A stretch of 64,000 nt of DNA from Methanotrichaceae archaeon (lineage in GTDB: Archaea; Halobacteriota; Methanosarcinia; Methanotrichales; Methanotrichaceae). The translations under genes were made by a program, and so were the position numbers. Shown here in pieces: positions 53,300-64,000 of the stretch; the first letter of the stretch is position 1, and every line of letters begins with the position of its first letter. The stretch covers positions 320,001 to 384,000 of the forward strand of contig CAWEXU010000030.1 in assembly GCA_963813075.1 (NCBI GenBank), given 5' to 3'. The notes under the pieces are model-generated. The model saw only the letters and a list, made by a program, of their open reading frames with translations. It was not told the DNA's origin and made no database searches.

Positions 53300-54730
53300 C
53301 TAGTAGCTGTATTTGGTATCGTATCCCCTTCTGGCGATGATCCTGCCCTCTCTTATTTCCGCCTTCGGGCAGGATACCAGAAGGGTGAACCGGAAGCCTG
53401 ATGGCCTGGTCTGCATCAGTTCTTCCGCTTTCATTATTATCATCTCTTCTCCATTCCGGGCCACGTCCCTGGCCAGGGCCACCGCCCTCTCCGGCTCCAG
53501 GTCCTGGAGGAGTGCCTGCACCTCATGCCCTTTCACATTATAGATCACAACCCCAAAGCCGGCTGCCGCCAGGAGGGATGGCGTTGCCGGATCATCCGGG
53601 CGGGAGAGGAGGGCGAAGTCCCCGGAGAGGGGGGCTCCTGCCCTTGCCGCCACCGATGAAAAGGCGCTCACTCCTGGAGATAAATGAACTGGAAGACGGT
53701 TTCTGGCCAGGTCCATGATTCTCCAGGCGGCGGAGAATATGCTCGGGTCGCCGCCGGTGAGGATGCTCGACTTCTTTCCTGAGCGGGCGAGCTGTTCTGC
53801 CTCCTGGAAGCGGGCGTATGACCTCTCCGGGCAGGGGCCGGTGTGAGTGACCTTCTCCCCTGGATAGTTCCCGACAAGGTCCAGGTAACGCTCTGCTCCC
53901 AGGATTTTTTCAGAGGAGCTGAGGATGGCCTGGGCCTGTGCGGTGAGATTGGCCCGCTCTCCCGGTCCGGTGCCCACCAGGTTGATCGCCGCTTCCCGGG
54001 CCACATCTCCCCGGTAGGTGCCCCTGCCTGGAAGGATGAGGAGCGTGGTCATATCCACCTCTTCCCGCAGGGAAACGCTTTCCATCAGGGCTGGGGCCGT
54101 GGTCCAAAAGAGCCTCTCACCATCTCTACCCACCTCTTTGGCCACCAGAACATCTCTGTTTTCATAGATGTTCAGGGCGCGCAATAGCTGCCAGTCCCTT
54201 TTCCGACTTTTAGGGTTGTAGAGGGCGACGGGCATGCCAAAATCTGCTGCCTGACGCAACCGGCCCTCGATCTCCTCCCAGGGGGTGAGAAGGTCGCTCA
54301 GACTGATTATCGCTATGCATTCCCGGAATAGGAGGCCGGCCCCGCAGGCAGCGGCGGTAAAGGAGGTGACTCCAGGGACCACCTGTACCTCCGCCGGATG
54401 CTCGGCCATCTCCAGCCCCAGGCCGGCCATGCCATAGACATTGGCATCTCCCGAGCTGACCAGGGCCACAGATCCGCGGTCGGCAAGGTCCAGAGCCGCC
54501 CGGACCCTGTCTGTCTCCTTTCCCATGCCGCTGGAGTAGACCTCCTTTCCCGGCAAGAGGTCTTCTATGAGCTTCAGATAGGGCCGGTAGCCGACCACAT
54601 GGTCCGCTCCTTTTATGGCGTCCACTGCCGCCCGGGTACGAAGGGACGCATCCCCCGGCCCGATACCCACGATTGAGAGCCTGTTTGCAGAATGCTTGTC
54701 TTTTAATAGGCTGGCTGCAGAATCATTCAT
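53300..54730 (-). CDS. cbiH: cobalt-precorrin-3 C17-methyltransferase with two tandem methylase domains
   Basis: VGIGPG, SSGDANVYG, SLSDLLTPW, LYNPKS; second VGTGPG..TGGDPSIF..RRGY. Confidence 0.9.
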   Translation of the reverse strand: MNDSAASLLKDKHSANRLSIVGIGPGDASLRTRAAVDAIKGADHVVGYRPYLKLIEDLLPGKEVYSSGMGKETDRVRAALDLADRGSVALVSSGDANVYGMAGLGLEMAEHPAEVQVVPGVTSFTAAACGAGLLFRECIAIISLSDLLTPWEEIEGRLRQAADFGMPVALYNPKSRKRDWQLLRALNIYENRDVLVAKEVGRDGERLFWTTAPALMESVSLREEVDMTTLLILPGRGTYRGDVAREAAINLVGTGPGERANLTAQAQAILSSSEKILGAERYLDLVGNYPGEKVTHTGPCPERSYARFQEAEQLARSGKKSSILTGGDPSIFSAAWRIMDLARNRLPVHLSPGVSAFSSVAARAGAPLSGDFALLSRPDDPATPSLLAAAGFGVVIYNVKGHEVQALLQDLEPERAVALARDVARNGEEMIIMKAEELMQTRPSGFRFTLLVSCPKAEIREGRIIARRGYDTKYSY

Positions 54731-54760
54731 TGAATTCCAATCCCTTTCCCGGCAGTCATT

Positions 54761-55643
54761 TCATTGCTCTCCAATGGCAACGGTCACCCTCCCATAGGCC
54801 TTCTTGGGAAGGACGAGCCTGTCTGCCAGGGCGAGGACTGCGGGCTCGGCAACTCCCGCCAGTCCCAGGTCCTCTGCCCGGGAGGGGGTGGAAGGCTCCT
54901 GGGAGTTGAGTTCATCACGGGAGAGGAAGACGATCTCCCTGTCCAGAGCCTTTGCCGCCTCCAGCAGGCCTTCTTCCTCCTGCTTGAGCCAGGCGGAGGC
55001 CAGGAATGCTATATCCTCTCTCTTCCGGCCGGATTCCGCCAGGGCCAGGTCTATCGCCTGCAGGACCTCCTCAGAGGATACCCCCTTTCTCGCTCCCACC
55101 CCCAGGACCAGCCCCTTTCCCTTGAGCACTGCCACATCCTCATCCACCAGCAGTATCCTGGGCCCCTTCAGCCTCAGTATGGGGACATCTTCATTCAAAA
55201 AGGCGAGGTTGATGGATTTTGAGGCGCTCTTGTTCAGGATATCGGCCTTCAGCCGCCGGGCTACGCTCTCCAGGCAGGGTCGGCCGGAGGAATCGGTGGC
55301 GGTGGTTATGGCCGGATAGACTCCTAGCCTTTCCGCCAGGTGGAGGGCCAGGTCATTGGCCCCGTGGTGGCCTCCCACCACCGGCACAGCGCAAGTGAGG
55401 GCGGAGTCTACGGCCACCACCGGCCGGTCACGCCATTTGTCCTGCAGGTGGCGGCAGAGGCTTCTTGTCACAATCCCCACTGCCATGACCGCTACCAAAA
55501 GGTCGTACTTCTCCAGGATCCTTTTCATCCTCTCCTCCTCATAGAGGATCAGAGTAGACTAGATAGCGATCGCTCAAGGCCCGAGCGATCTTTTCGCCCT
55601 TATCTCTATCTCGGGGGAAGACCAGGATGGCTAGCGACTTCAG
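54761..55643 (-). CDS. cbiG: cobalt-precorrin-5A hydrolase; N-terminus split off by an indel near 55556
   Basis: [27 protein letters not shown]; upstream frame from CTG overlapping cbiF stop reads [22 protein letters not shown]. Confidence 0.88.
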
Positions 55644-56350
55644 CGGCTCCGGTATAGGTGAGACCTCCCAAAACCCGTTCTCTTCACCACATCGCCCACC
55701 AGTATGAGGGCGCTGCGGTCTATCTTCGCCTCTTCTACCTTGTCGGCGATGTCATCTATTGTTCCGCACAATACCTGCTGGTCCGGCCAGGAGGCATGGT
55801 AGACCACTGCGACAGGGGTTGAGCCCGGCCGGTCCAGGGACTGGACGATATCTCTGATCTTGTCGATCCCTAAAAATATGGCCATGGTTGTCCCCAGGCG
55901 GCCCAGAGCGGGCAGGTCGTCCTTTTCCAGGGTGGTCCCCTTGGGCCTGGTCAGGATCAGAGATTCAGAGACCCCCTTGAGGGTGAGCTGGGTCTTCAGG
56001 GCGGCGGCGGCGGCAAAGAGTGAGGAGACGCCAGGGACCACCTCCACCTCTATTCCCATCTCCTCTAAGGGTTTCATCTGCTCTAATATGGCCCCATAGA
56101 TCGAAGGGTCGCCGCTGTGCAGCCGAACCACCTTCTTTCCCGCTCGCAGGAACTCGACCATCTTTGCCTGGGTCTCTTCTATTGACAGTCCATTGCTGTC
56201 CACCTTGACGGCCTGCAATCCTTCCAGGAGCTGGGGGTTGACCAGAGAGCCGGCGTAGACCACCAGGTCCGCCTCATCCAGCAATCTCCGGCCCTTGACG
56301 GTGATCAGCTCCGGGTCGCCAGGCCCCGCCCCTACGAAATAAACCTTCAT
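55640..56350 (-). CDS. cbiF: cobalt-precorrin-4 C11-methyltransferase
   Basis: [37 protein letters not shown]. Confidence 0.95.
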   Translation of the reverse strand: MKVYFVGAGPGDPELITVKGRRLLDEADLVVYAGSLVNPQLLEGLQAVKVDSNGLSIEETQAKMVEFLRAGKKVVRLHSGDPSIYGAILEQMKPLEEMGIEVEVVPGVSSLFAAAAALKTQLTLKGVSESLILTRPKGTTLEKDDLPALGRLGTTMAIFLGIDKIRDIVQSLDRPGSTPVAVVYHASWPDQQVLCGTIDDIADKVEEAKIDRSALILVGDVVKRTGFGRSHLYRSR

Positions 56351-56955
56351 TCTCTCCTCCGGGCCAAAAGGACGCTGAAGTAATCGCTCCTCTCCGGCAT
56401 CTCTCCCCGGAAGATCCTCTCCTCCGGGGTGTAGAGCCTGGTGCCCAGGGTGAAATCAGTATAGCCCTCAGCGCGCAGCTCCTCAGCCAGTTTCCTGGGC
56501 CTGGTGGCTTTTATCCTGATCACCGACTGAACGGGGGATCCGTCCGAGACCAGAAAAGACTTTTCCAGAGGGACACTGAATCTGGAGGCCAGGGCGGGGA
56601 CCACTCCCACTCCGGGAATGGTCTGGATCTCCATTCCCGGATGGATCTCTTCGATCACCCTTTTCAGATGGCTGAAGGTGGAGAAGGTGTTGACGTCGCC
56701 AATGCAGGCAAAGCCCACCTGGCTGGAGCCAGCGTCGCGGGCGATGATCTTTGCGTTTTCCTGCCAGATCCTTTTCAGCTCCAGTTCGTCCTGAATCATG
56801 GGAAAATCCAGGATCTGGGGGGAGGAGTAGGGCCTGGCCAGCTCTGCTGCCATCTCCCCGGGAACGAAGACCCTCTTGCAGCTTTTCAAGGCCGCTGCTG
56901 CCTTGAAGGTCAATAGCTCCGGGTCGCCCGGTCCGAGGCTTATGCCGATTAACAT
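56347..56955 (-). CDS. cbiL: cobalt-factor II C20-methyltransferase
   Basis: [35 protein letters not shown]. Confidence 0.9.
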   Translation of the reverse strand: MLIGISLGPGDPELLTFKAAAALKSCKRVFVPGEMAAELARPYSSPQILDFPMIQDELELKRIWQENAKIIARDAGSSQVGFACIGDVNTFSTFSHLKRVIEEIHPGMEIQTIPGVGVVPALASRFSVPLEKSFLVSDGSPVQSVIRIKATRPRKLAEELRAEGYTDFTLGTRLYTPEERIFRGEMPERSDYFSVLLARRRE

Positions 56956-57461
56956 TTTCCGATCACCATGAATATGGGGTTTATGGGCTTGAAGGCAATG
57001 TCCCCTGCCAGATCGTAGCCCCGATTGATGTGAATCTGCAGGATCTCCCTGAATATGCCCTCCCTTTTCATCAGCTCTGCCACCTTGCTGGCTATGCCCA
57101 TCCTGGCCAGGTCGGCGACGATCATGCAGCCAGGGCTGGCCTTTTCCAGCAGGATGGGAAGGAATCGGTCTATTCCCCGGCTGCCGCCGATAAAGCACCT
57201 GTCCACCGCTGGCAGCCGGGGTATGATCTCCTCTGCCTCGCCCAGGAGGAACTTGCCGCCGGGAACCAAATCTTGGCTGAGATCTACCGCCTCCGGCCGG
57301 CGGTCCAGGCCATAGATCCTGTCCGTGTAGCGAGATGCGGCCAGGGATACCGCCCCTGAGCCGCAGCCGATATCCAGGAACAGGTCGCCAGGCCGGATGG
57401 CCAGCTTTCCCATGGCGATGTGGATGTTCTCCTCTGCTGTCGCCGTGCCCGGAAGCTTCAT
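56949..57461 (-). CDS. cbiT: cobalt-precorrin-6B C15-methyltransferase
   Basis: LDIGCGSGAVS, FIGGS, INPIF. Confidence 0.88.
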   Translation of the reverse strand: MKLPGTATAEENIHIAMGKLAIRPGDLFLDIGCGSGAVSLAASRYTDRIYGLDRRPEAVDLSQDLVPGGKFLLGEAEEIIPRLPAVDRCFIGGSRGIDRFLPILLEKASPGCMIVADLARMGIASKVAELMKREGIFREILQIHINRGYDLAGDIAFKPINPIFMVIGKC

Positions 57462-57551
57462 GGCCTCTAGGAGAAGTGGGCTGGAATAAAAGGTTAATTG
57501 CTGGCCATCAGATTAGTATAGCCCGCCCGGCAAAGGCAGTCTCGAGAATTC

Positions 57552-58469
57552 ATGGACATTTTCGTTGCCGAGTACGCATCCGCCCTGGGTCTGGGCGGAA
57601 CCCATGAGCTGGAGGGAAGAGCGATGCTCACCGTCCTGGTGGAGAGCTTCCTGTCCAGCGGCCATAATGTGGCCTATCCCACCAGCGGCTCAAGGATTAG
57701 GGCGGGCGAGCCCATAATGCTGGAGGGCGAAGGGGGATTTGAGACTCTTCTAGAATCGATCGATGTAGACGCCGCCCTCCTGATTGCTCCTGATGGCCTG
57801 CAGGCGCAATTTTTGGAGATAATTGAGGGCCGGACGGCCAATCTTGGCAGCAGCCCCGCCGCCGCCCGTCTGGCTGCGGACAAGCTGCTATGCACCCGGG
57901 CGCTCGCGCGCGCCGGCGTTCCGGTGGCCCAGATCGTGGACCGGCCGGACCCGGTGGAGAAGGGCTGCCTGCAGTATGTGGTCAAGCCGCGCACCGGCTC
58001 GGGCTCGGAGGGGGTGAGGATCACATCTTTTGCCCGGGCGGGGCCGGAGGAGATCGTCACCCGTTACCATGAGGGGCTGCACCTCTCCGCCAGCTTCATC
58101 GTGGGGAAAGAGGGTTTTCTGCCCTTAACCCTCAACCGCCAGCTGATCGACTTTGGGGATGGGAAGATTAGCTATCAGGGAAGCCAGGTGCCCTACAACA
58201 CCCCGCGGGCGGAGGAGATCTGGGAGGCGGCGAAAAAAGCAGCAAACGTCTTAGGTTTGCGCGGGTACGCGGGGATCGACTTCGTCCTGGGCGAACGAGC
58301 ATGGGCGGTGGATGTGAACGCCCGGCCGACGACATCCATCATCGGTATTGCCAGGGTGATGAAAGAAGAGATCGGGGAGCTGATCGTCAGGGCCCGGTTC
58401 GGAGGATTGCCGGAGAGGGTGCACCTGGAGGGGGAGTGCATATTCAGGAAAGGGGACCTTGTGGCCTGA
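57552..58469 (+). CDS. ATP-grasp enzyme, possibly tyramine--L-glutamate ligase (MfnD-like)
   Basis: EGRAML, LIAPD, ADKL, VVKP, GYAGID, DVNARPTTS. Confidence 0.75.
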   Translation: MDIFVAEYASALGLGGTHELEGRAMLTVLVESFLSSGHNVAYPTSGSRIRAGEPIMLEGEGGFETLLESIDVDAALLIAPDGLQAQFLEIIEGRTANLGSSPAAARLAADKLLCTRALARAGVPVAQIVDRPDPVEKGCLQYVVKPRTGSGSEGVRITSFARAGPEEIVTRYHEGLHLSASFIVGKEGFLPLTLNRQLIDFGDGKISYQGSQVPYNTPRAEEIWEAAKKAANVLGLRGYAGIDFVLGERAWAVDVNARPTTSIIGIARVMKEEIGELIVRARFGGLPERVHLEGECIFRKGDLVA

Positions 58470-58606
58470 GCATAATGAGGGTGGGCCCTCCCCAAGGCCC
58501 TGCCGGCACCTCATCGCCCTCCTGGTCGAAGCAGGCTCTAGCCCCAGGACGCCGTCCCCCAATCTCAAGTTCCAGGTGGACGCGAGTATTGCTCAGGTTC
58601 CCGAAA

Positions 58607-59588
58607 TCACGCCTCCAGAAACTCCGCCGTCTTCATGAACTCGACCACATCCTCTGTCGCTGGGCAGGTCGGTGCTCGCTCCCGGGGTGAGGATGTTCAG
58701 GGCGGCCACTGCAGAGGCGAACTTGACTGCCTCTTCATTCGAGTACCCCTGGTATTTGGCATGGATGAATCCGGCGGTGAAGCTATCCCCCCCACCGGTG
58801 GTGTCCACCACTTCGACCTTGTAGGAGGGCACCCGGAAGGTCCGTTCATCATCCAAAACCAGCGCACCTTTGACATCCAGGGTGACGATCACCGTCTCTG
58901 CACCGTACTCCTTCAGCTTCTTTATGGCGGAATCGACATCCTTCTCCCCGGTTATCAGCATTGACTCCTTGCCGTTCATGATTATCACCTGGCTGTTATG
59001 CATGGCATGCTTCAGCTCCTCCGGCCGGTGGTTGACCATGCTCATGCTGGGATTGGTGATGATGTAGATCCCTCTTTTTTTGGCCTCTTCTATCGCCTTT
59101 TTCATCAGGGCCATATTCTCTTCGCTTATCAGGCTGGTCAGGACCATGGTATCGACTTTATCGAAGACCTCGGGATTTAGGTCCTCTTCACCCAGGAGAG
59201 CATTGGCTCCTCTGCTGGTAAGAACGGTCTTCTCGCCTTTATAGAGAAAGACCAGAGACATCCCGGTCAGGCCCTCCTTTAAGGTGACATACTTGGTGAT
59301 GGCGCCGTGAATCCTCAGGTTTCTCAGATATTCCTCGCCGTGATCGTCCTTGCCCACTGAACCGAGGATGTAAGTGGTTGTGCCAAGCTCTGCCAGGTTG
59401 GTGGCCAGGTTGTGTGCTGAGCCTCCTGTATCCTGGTTGAGCTGATCGAGGGTGATCTTGGAGTCAAAGGGAAAACAGAGATTGTCATCCACCACCTTGA
59501 ACTTCTCAGATCTGGCAATCAGGTCTACGATTATCCCGCCCACTACGAGCACACCCTTTTGGCTGAGCTTGCATTCTTCAAATGGCAT
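58607..59588 (-). CDS. PfkB-family carbohydrate kinase, probable indel near 58663
   Basis: GGSAHN, DTTGGGDSF; corrected end LPATEDVVEFMKTAEFLEA*. Confidence 0.9.
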
Positions 59589-59674
59589 GCCGCTCTGGAT
59601 AGCTCTGCTGATAGATAACCTTGAGGGATCAAATACCAGGCTCCTTCATTTCTTGGCTCATCCGTATTTTATTG

Positions 59675-60436
59675 CTAAAAGAGAGAGAATATCGATCGGC
59701 CATAAGCCAGATAGATCAGGCCAAGCAGCAGCGGCTGATGGATAATATAGATGGCCAGAGAGTTGCGCCCCAAGAATATGAGCCCTCTGGCCAAAGGCCG
59801 GGCGCTGATATCGGGAAGGGGAAAGCGGCGGACGAGATCTCTGTAGAGCAATCCTCCCCCGGCCATGCCCATCAGCACCATCCCAAACCAGGGAAATAGA
59901 GGAACGTAGTCCAGGGAGACGAAATCCCGCGGAGCCAGGCCCAGCCAGATCAGCCAGAGAAAGTCGACCTCCAGCTGCTGGATGTACAGGCCCAGCAGGA
60001 TCGCTGCCAGCCCTAAAAGGAGGTTCATTCTGCCCAGGGGGAGGAGGGGATAGGCTAAGAGTATGGAGATGGCGATGAGGTGAAGGATTCCAAAGACAAT
60101 AAAGCCCCTTCCAATGACGATATAGGTTACCAGGCTGATTCCTGTGGCCAGGCAGAGTATCCACAGGCTCCTTTTCAAAAGTCTGGCCGGGTACTGGCTC
60201 AGCTCGCCAGCTAGCTTCGCCCGGGAATGGCTCAGGGTGAGGGAGATTCCAACCAGCAGGAGAAAGAGGGAGGCGGTTAGGCGGGCCAGATAAAACCAGA
60301 ATCCTCCGGATAGATCAATCTCATAGATCCTGAAGTAGTTCAGGTCGAATGCCAGATGGAAGACGACCATCAATAAAATGGCCAGTCCCCGAAAAAAGTC
60401 CACCTCCCAGAGGCGAGCCGCCTGGCGGTTATTCAT
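59675..60436 (-). CDS. DUF1624 membrane protein (acyltransferase-like)
   Basis: VDFFRGLAI..FH, FGILH, DYVPLFPW, LGRNSLAIYIIHQP. Confidence 0.88.
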   Translation of the reverse strand: MNNRQAARLWEVDFFRGLAILLMVVFHLAFDLNYFRIYEIDLSGGFWFYLARLTASLFLLLVGISLTLSHSRAKLAGELSQYPARLLKRSLWILCLATGISLVTYIVIGRGFIVFGILHLIAISILLAYPLLPLGRMNLLLGLAAILLGLYIQQLEVDFLWLIWLGLAPRDFVSLDYVPLFPWFGMVLMGMAGGGLLYRDLVRRFPLPDISARPLARGLIFLGRNSLAIYIIHQPLLLGLIYLAYGRSIFSLF

Positions 60437-60521
60437 AGAGCATGATGTGCGGCCAATGCTTTATAGGTCTGCTCCTGCTATGCCATTTGCGAGACCTGCA
60501 GACCGTGAACGGCCTGGCCTA

Positions 60522-60833
60522 TTACTTCTTCGTTTCTCCTAAAATCATTGAAGCAGATGCGAAGCCTGAACCCAGACGAACAAGTCCTCCTATTGCGGCG
60601 GCTTCGAGCATTTCTTCTCTGGTGGCTCCGGCAGATATTGCTACTTCTTTATGGAACTCGACGCAGTAATCGCATTGAAGTGCCACCACACTCGCCAATG
60701 CAATAAGTGCTTTTTCCTTGGTGGATAGGGCACCATTTTTCATAATTTCTGATCTCAAGTTAACAAAGGCTGAGTTGACACCTGTACCTAAGGCTTCTCC
60801 AAACTTAAAATGTCTGGGCATCTCTTCTGTCAT
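60522..60833 (-). CDS. carboxymuconolactone decarboxylase/AhpD family protein
   Basis: LSTKEKALIALA..CDYCVEFH..GATREE; RBS AGGAGGT. Confidence 0.88.
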   Translation of the reverse strand: MTEEMPRHFKFGEALGTGVNSAFVNLRSEIMKNGALSTKEKALIALASVVALQCDYCVEFHKEVAISAGATREEMLEAAAIGGLVRLGSGFASASMILGETKK

Positions 60834-60876
60834 TTCTACGACCTCCTGATTTCTATTAAATATCATATCTTTCATC

Positions 60877-61328
60877 CTATATAATTTGCCAGTAGATGAG
60901 CGGAACAAGAATTATATAATAACTGCCAGAACAAGCCGGAACATAGCAGCAGTGGACTTTCCCTGTAGAATGTTGAATAGGCCCACTCCAAAAATTATGT
61001 AGACCGTAAACATGCCCAGGGAAAAGGCAACTACCATAGCCAAAATATCCCTTCTGTGGCCTGTACTCGATAGCATCGAGCTTGCCAGAAAAACCAGTAT
61101 GGCCAGGATACAAGGATTGAAGCCCGCCAAAAGGCCTGCTGCAAAGACAGTAGCTACAGAGGATACGAAGAGGTCCTCGAGAGCACTTTCGGTAGCACAT
61201 TTATCACATGCGTGAGACGTGATTGTGGTTTTCGTAGAGTTATCGCTAGCTAGGGCAAATGATAACATCGTGACTGGTATCACGACAAACAAGATTGCTC
61301 TGATGCAAATTCCAATGCTCGCATCCAT
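60877..61328 (-). pseudogene. truncated CcdA/DsbD-like membrane protein
   Basis: AAGLLAGFNPCILAILVFL motif, then early stop; IS left end 20 nt upstream of the ATG. Confidence 0.6.
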
Positions 61329-61348
61329 TTATATGTACCGCAGCTTAT

Positions 61349-62570
61349 CTCGTGGGGTCAAGGGGTAGAGAAGACCCCAGCCCTTCAGGGTGGGGATGAA
61401 TCGTGCCCCTTGCATAACCACCAAAAACTATAAATTTAATAAAATTATTAACTACCCATTAACATGTACCGCACCATCAAAATAAAGCTAGATCGATCAA
61501 ATGAACTCATCCAAACAGCTCGGCTTTGGAACACCGCCTGCCAGGATGTCATAGACTACGGCTTTGCGGCACATGATTACAACAAGACCAGACTTAACAA
61601 AGCTACATACAAAGACCTCCGAGAAAAGTATTCTACATTGCCTTCCGCCCTCATCCAAACAGCAAGGGATCAAGCCAGCGACATGCTCAAGAGGCTCAAA
61701 TTCGAGACTAAGCCTTTCAAGCATCCTTTCGGAGCAGTTCGATTCGACGTTAGGACCATGAAGGTATTCTTGGAATCGGGATACTGCAAGCTCACAACCA
61801 TTTTTGGGAGACTACGATATGACTTCCAGTTAGCAGACTATTACCAGAAATACGCTACATGGAAAGTCATGAATGCTCAACTCAAGATAACTAAGAATGC
61901 TTGCTACCTCAATGTTCAAGTAGAGCAACCCGATCCAGAAACACTTGTTGGAGATAAGAGGATCGGCGTAGATCTTGGGATCAATAACATAGCAGTATGT
62001 AGCGATAATACGTTCTGGCAATCTGGACCAGTTAAAGCTGTGAAAGGCAAATATCAATATTTGAGATCAAACTTCAGTCCAAAGGCACCCGATCAGCTAA
62101 AAGAAAGCTTCAAGAGCTTTCTGGTCGAGAGAGACGGTTTCAGAAGGACGTGAACCATCAAATCGCAAACTGGATACTATCTAAACCATATGACGTAATC
62201 GCTCTGGAAGATCTAACCCACATCAGGAACGGCAAGAAGAATAAGAAACTTGGAAAATGGAGCTTTGCAGAACTACGAAGCATCATAGAATACAAAGCGG
62301 GCGCTATCGGAAAGAAGGTAGTTGCCATAGACCCAAGATATACTTCTCGCACATGCTCCAAATGTGGATTTCAAAAGAAGGAAAACCGTAATGGTAGGAC
62401 CTTCAAATGCAAAAGCTGTGGCTTCCAGATCGATGCAGACTTGAACGCATCCAGGAACATCGCTACCTTCAGTAGAGCTGACCGTAGCAGGCTGCCTGTC
62501 AACCCGCCAATCGTAGCAGGCTAACTAACCACTAGCTACAAGCCCCATCCTTTAGGGTGGGGTAGTTGAC
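61349..62570 (+). mobile_element. IS200/IS605-family element, tnpB only (IS1341-like)
   Basis: Subterminal hairpins CCCCAGCCCTTCAGGGTGGGG and CCCCATCCTTTAGGGTGGGG; ends TAGTTGAC; no tnpA. Confidence 0.92.
61464..62524 (+). CDS. tnpB: RNA-guided endonuclease TnpB, one missing base near 62070
   Basis: RuvC GVDLG / ALEDL / DADLNAS; zinc finger CSKC..CKSC; restoring one A gives LRSKLQSKGTRSAKRKL..RERRFQKDVNH. Confidence 0.93.
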
Positions 62571-62683
62571 TCCCCTGCTTTGTATGCTTGCGGAAACCCT
62601 CAACTCTTTATACGTTGGTCTCCAAAATATACTATGACTGGCAGGGATAATTGCAGAATAAATTTCATCGGGAGGAAGAATTT

Positions 62684-63145
62684 ATGGAACTCAAAACACC
62701 CCAATCACTAAAAGTGGAACATGAAGAGCTACATGCCCAGCTTGCCAAAGCCATGATATCAGGCGGAGCTACGGGCGAAGCCGCGAAAACAGTGGCCAGG
62801 GTGCTTCACCCTCACTTCTTAAAAGAGGAGGAGTACGCTTTGCCGCCATTGGGATTGCTGCCTATTATCGCGGAAGTAAAAAATTTACCGGAAATGGAGG
62901 CGGCGATAGAGATGACCGACCGCCTGAAGGCAGACTTAAGCCATATGCTCGTTGAGCATAAGCAGATTGTAATAGCTCTCAAGGCACTGACGGAGGCGGC
63001 GAAATTAGAGGGCAAAGAGGAGGTCAGTCACTTTTCTGAAAAGCTGATTTTGCATGCTCAGACTGAAGAAGAGGTCCTGTATCCTGCGTCGACTTTGATT
63101 GGCGAATACCTGAAGCTGAAAATCCTGCAAAAAACTGGGAGATGA
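62684..63145 (+). CDS. hemerythrin/HHE-domain protein
   Basis: EHEEL, HFLKEE, EHKQI, HAQTEEEVLYP. Confidence 0.85.
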   Translation: MELKTPQSLKVEHEELHAQLAKAMISGGATGEAAKTVARVLHPHFLKEEEYALPPLGLLPIIAEVKNLPEMEAAIEMTDRLKADLSHMLVEHKQIVIALKALTEAAKLEGKEEVSHFSEKLILHAQTEEEVLYPASTLIGEYLKLKILQKTGR

Positions 63146-63151
63146 TGATCG

Positions 63152-63574
63152 ATGTCAATAGAGGATAACAAAAACATTGTACGTCGCTTTTTCGAGGAAG
63201 GACCATCCAAGGGAGATCTGAGAGCGGCAGATGAGTTGCTGGCCGCAAACTTCTCCCTGCATATACCGCTTCCATCAGCTCCAGGAATTAAGGGGATGAA
63301 CGATGTGATTACCGCATGCAGGTCCGCTTTCGAGCATCTGAATGTTACCGTCGAGGATATGGTGGCAGAGGAAGACAGAGTCGTTGCACGCTTCACAGCT
63401 CGCGGCATACACAAAGGCGCTTTCATGGGCTTACTTCCCACAGGTAAATCAATAACCATGACCGGCATGGAGATCTTTCGGATAGAAAACGGAAAGATTG
63501 CCGAGCTTTGGGGTGAGGCCAATCTTCTTGGGCTGATGCAACAGCTGGGGATCTTGCCGCCCTTGGGGGAATAA
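63152..63574 (+). CDS. SnoaL-like ester cyclase family protein
   Basis: NKNIVRRF, EDRVVARF..GIHKG.F.G..PTGK, GKIAELW. Confidence 0.9.
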   Translation: MSIEDNKNIVRRFFEEGPSKGDLRAADELLAANFSLHIPLPSAPGIKGMNDVITACRSAFEHLNVTVEDMVAEEDRVVARFTARGIHKGAFMGLLPTGKSITMTGMEIFRIENGKIAELWGEANLLGLMQQLGILPPLGE

Positions 63575-63877
63575 AGGTAGACGATCCAGCTGGAAGTTCA
63601 TCCTTTCCACGGGAGGGGTTCATGTACCGCTCAGTTGTATGCTAAAGTGGCCATGAATCTCGATTCGCACCCAAAGCTATGAAAACTGATTCAACCTAAA
63701 TGGATGCGGGCAGAGAAGGCTTCCGGAGGTAGCGAGACGATTTTGCTGTAAAATTTCCAGGAATATCCTTAGCAGAAACCGACTTGCTTTTTACGAGATG
63801 ACAGCAAGTTATTTCTACGAGATATTATAATTGGCCCTGTATCCCCAAGTCGCAAAACTCAGGAGGGACACAGAGCC

Positions 63878-64000
63878 ATGAGTATAACTGACTTAGAAGA
63901 TGATTATCTTGTCGATGTCCCGATGCGATCGGGACTCTTTCCCCGTGCGAGAGGGGCGTGTGCTCCACCAGGGCATGGGCTGCCTCGATCTGGTATCCGC
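63878..64000 (+). CDS. possible CDS start running off the window
   Basis: AGGAGG upstream, ATG, open to the edge; no recognisable motif. Confidence 0.35.
   Translation, partial: MSITDLEDDYLVDVPMRSGLFPRARGACAPPGHGLPRSGIR

Noticed and set aside
55568..55590. GATCGCTC/GAGCGATC hairpin between cbiF and the listed cbiG ORF as a regulatory RNA
   Set aside because: The interval reads as the cbiG N-terminus once one base is removed; no cobalamin-riboswitch motif seen.

Overview
Mostly core chromosome of a methanogenic archaeon, probably a Methanothrix/Methanosaeta-like member of the Methanosarcinia (inferred from MC1, archaeal RibC, Orc1/Cdc6 with ORB boxes, and gene style). Housekeeping content: priS-GINS-rpl44e-rps27e-aIF2alpha cluster, fusA-tuf-rps10 with tRNA-Arg(CCG), aspartate kinase-purM, class II ribonucleotide reductase, aspS, a probable replication origin next to cdc6, and a cbiT-L-F-G-H-C-D-E cobalamin operon. 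About nine genes carry single-base indels, many in short homopolymers, which look like sequencing errors. Best find: a 516-bp non-autonomous IS200/IS605 element (42653-43168) that shares both ends with the tnpB element at 61349-62570. In place of tnpB it carries a ~300-nt hairpin-rich non-coding tract ending in a reRNA/omegaRNA-like scaffold with compensatory changes, plus a divergent small RHH-like gene, both around a shared palindromic promoter. Other points: a ~185-bp degenerate direct repeat flanking a hypothetical gene, a ~51-bp tandem array inside oriC, an SLC5-STAC-2xDUF835 fusion, and an unlisted 31-aa membrane peptide overlapping a symporter start.
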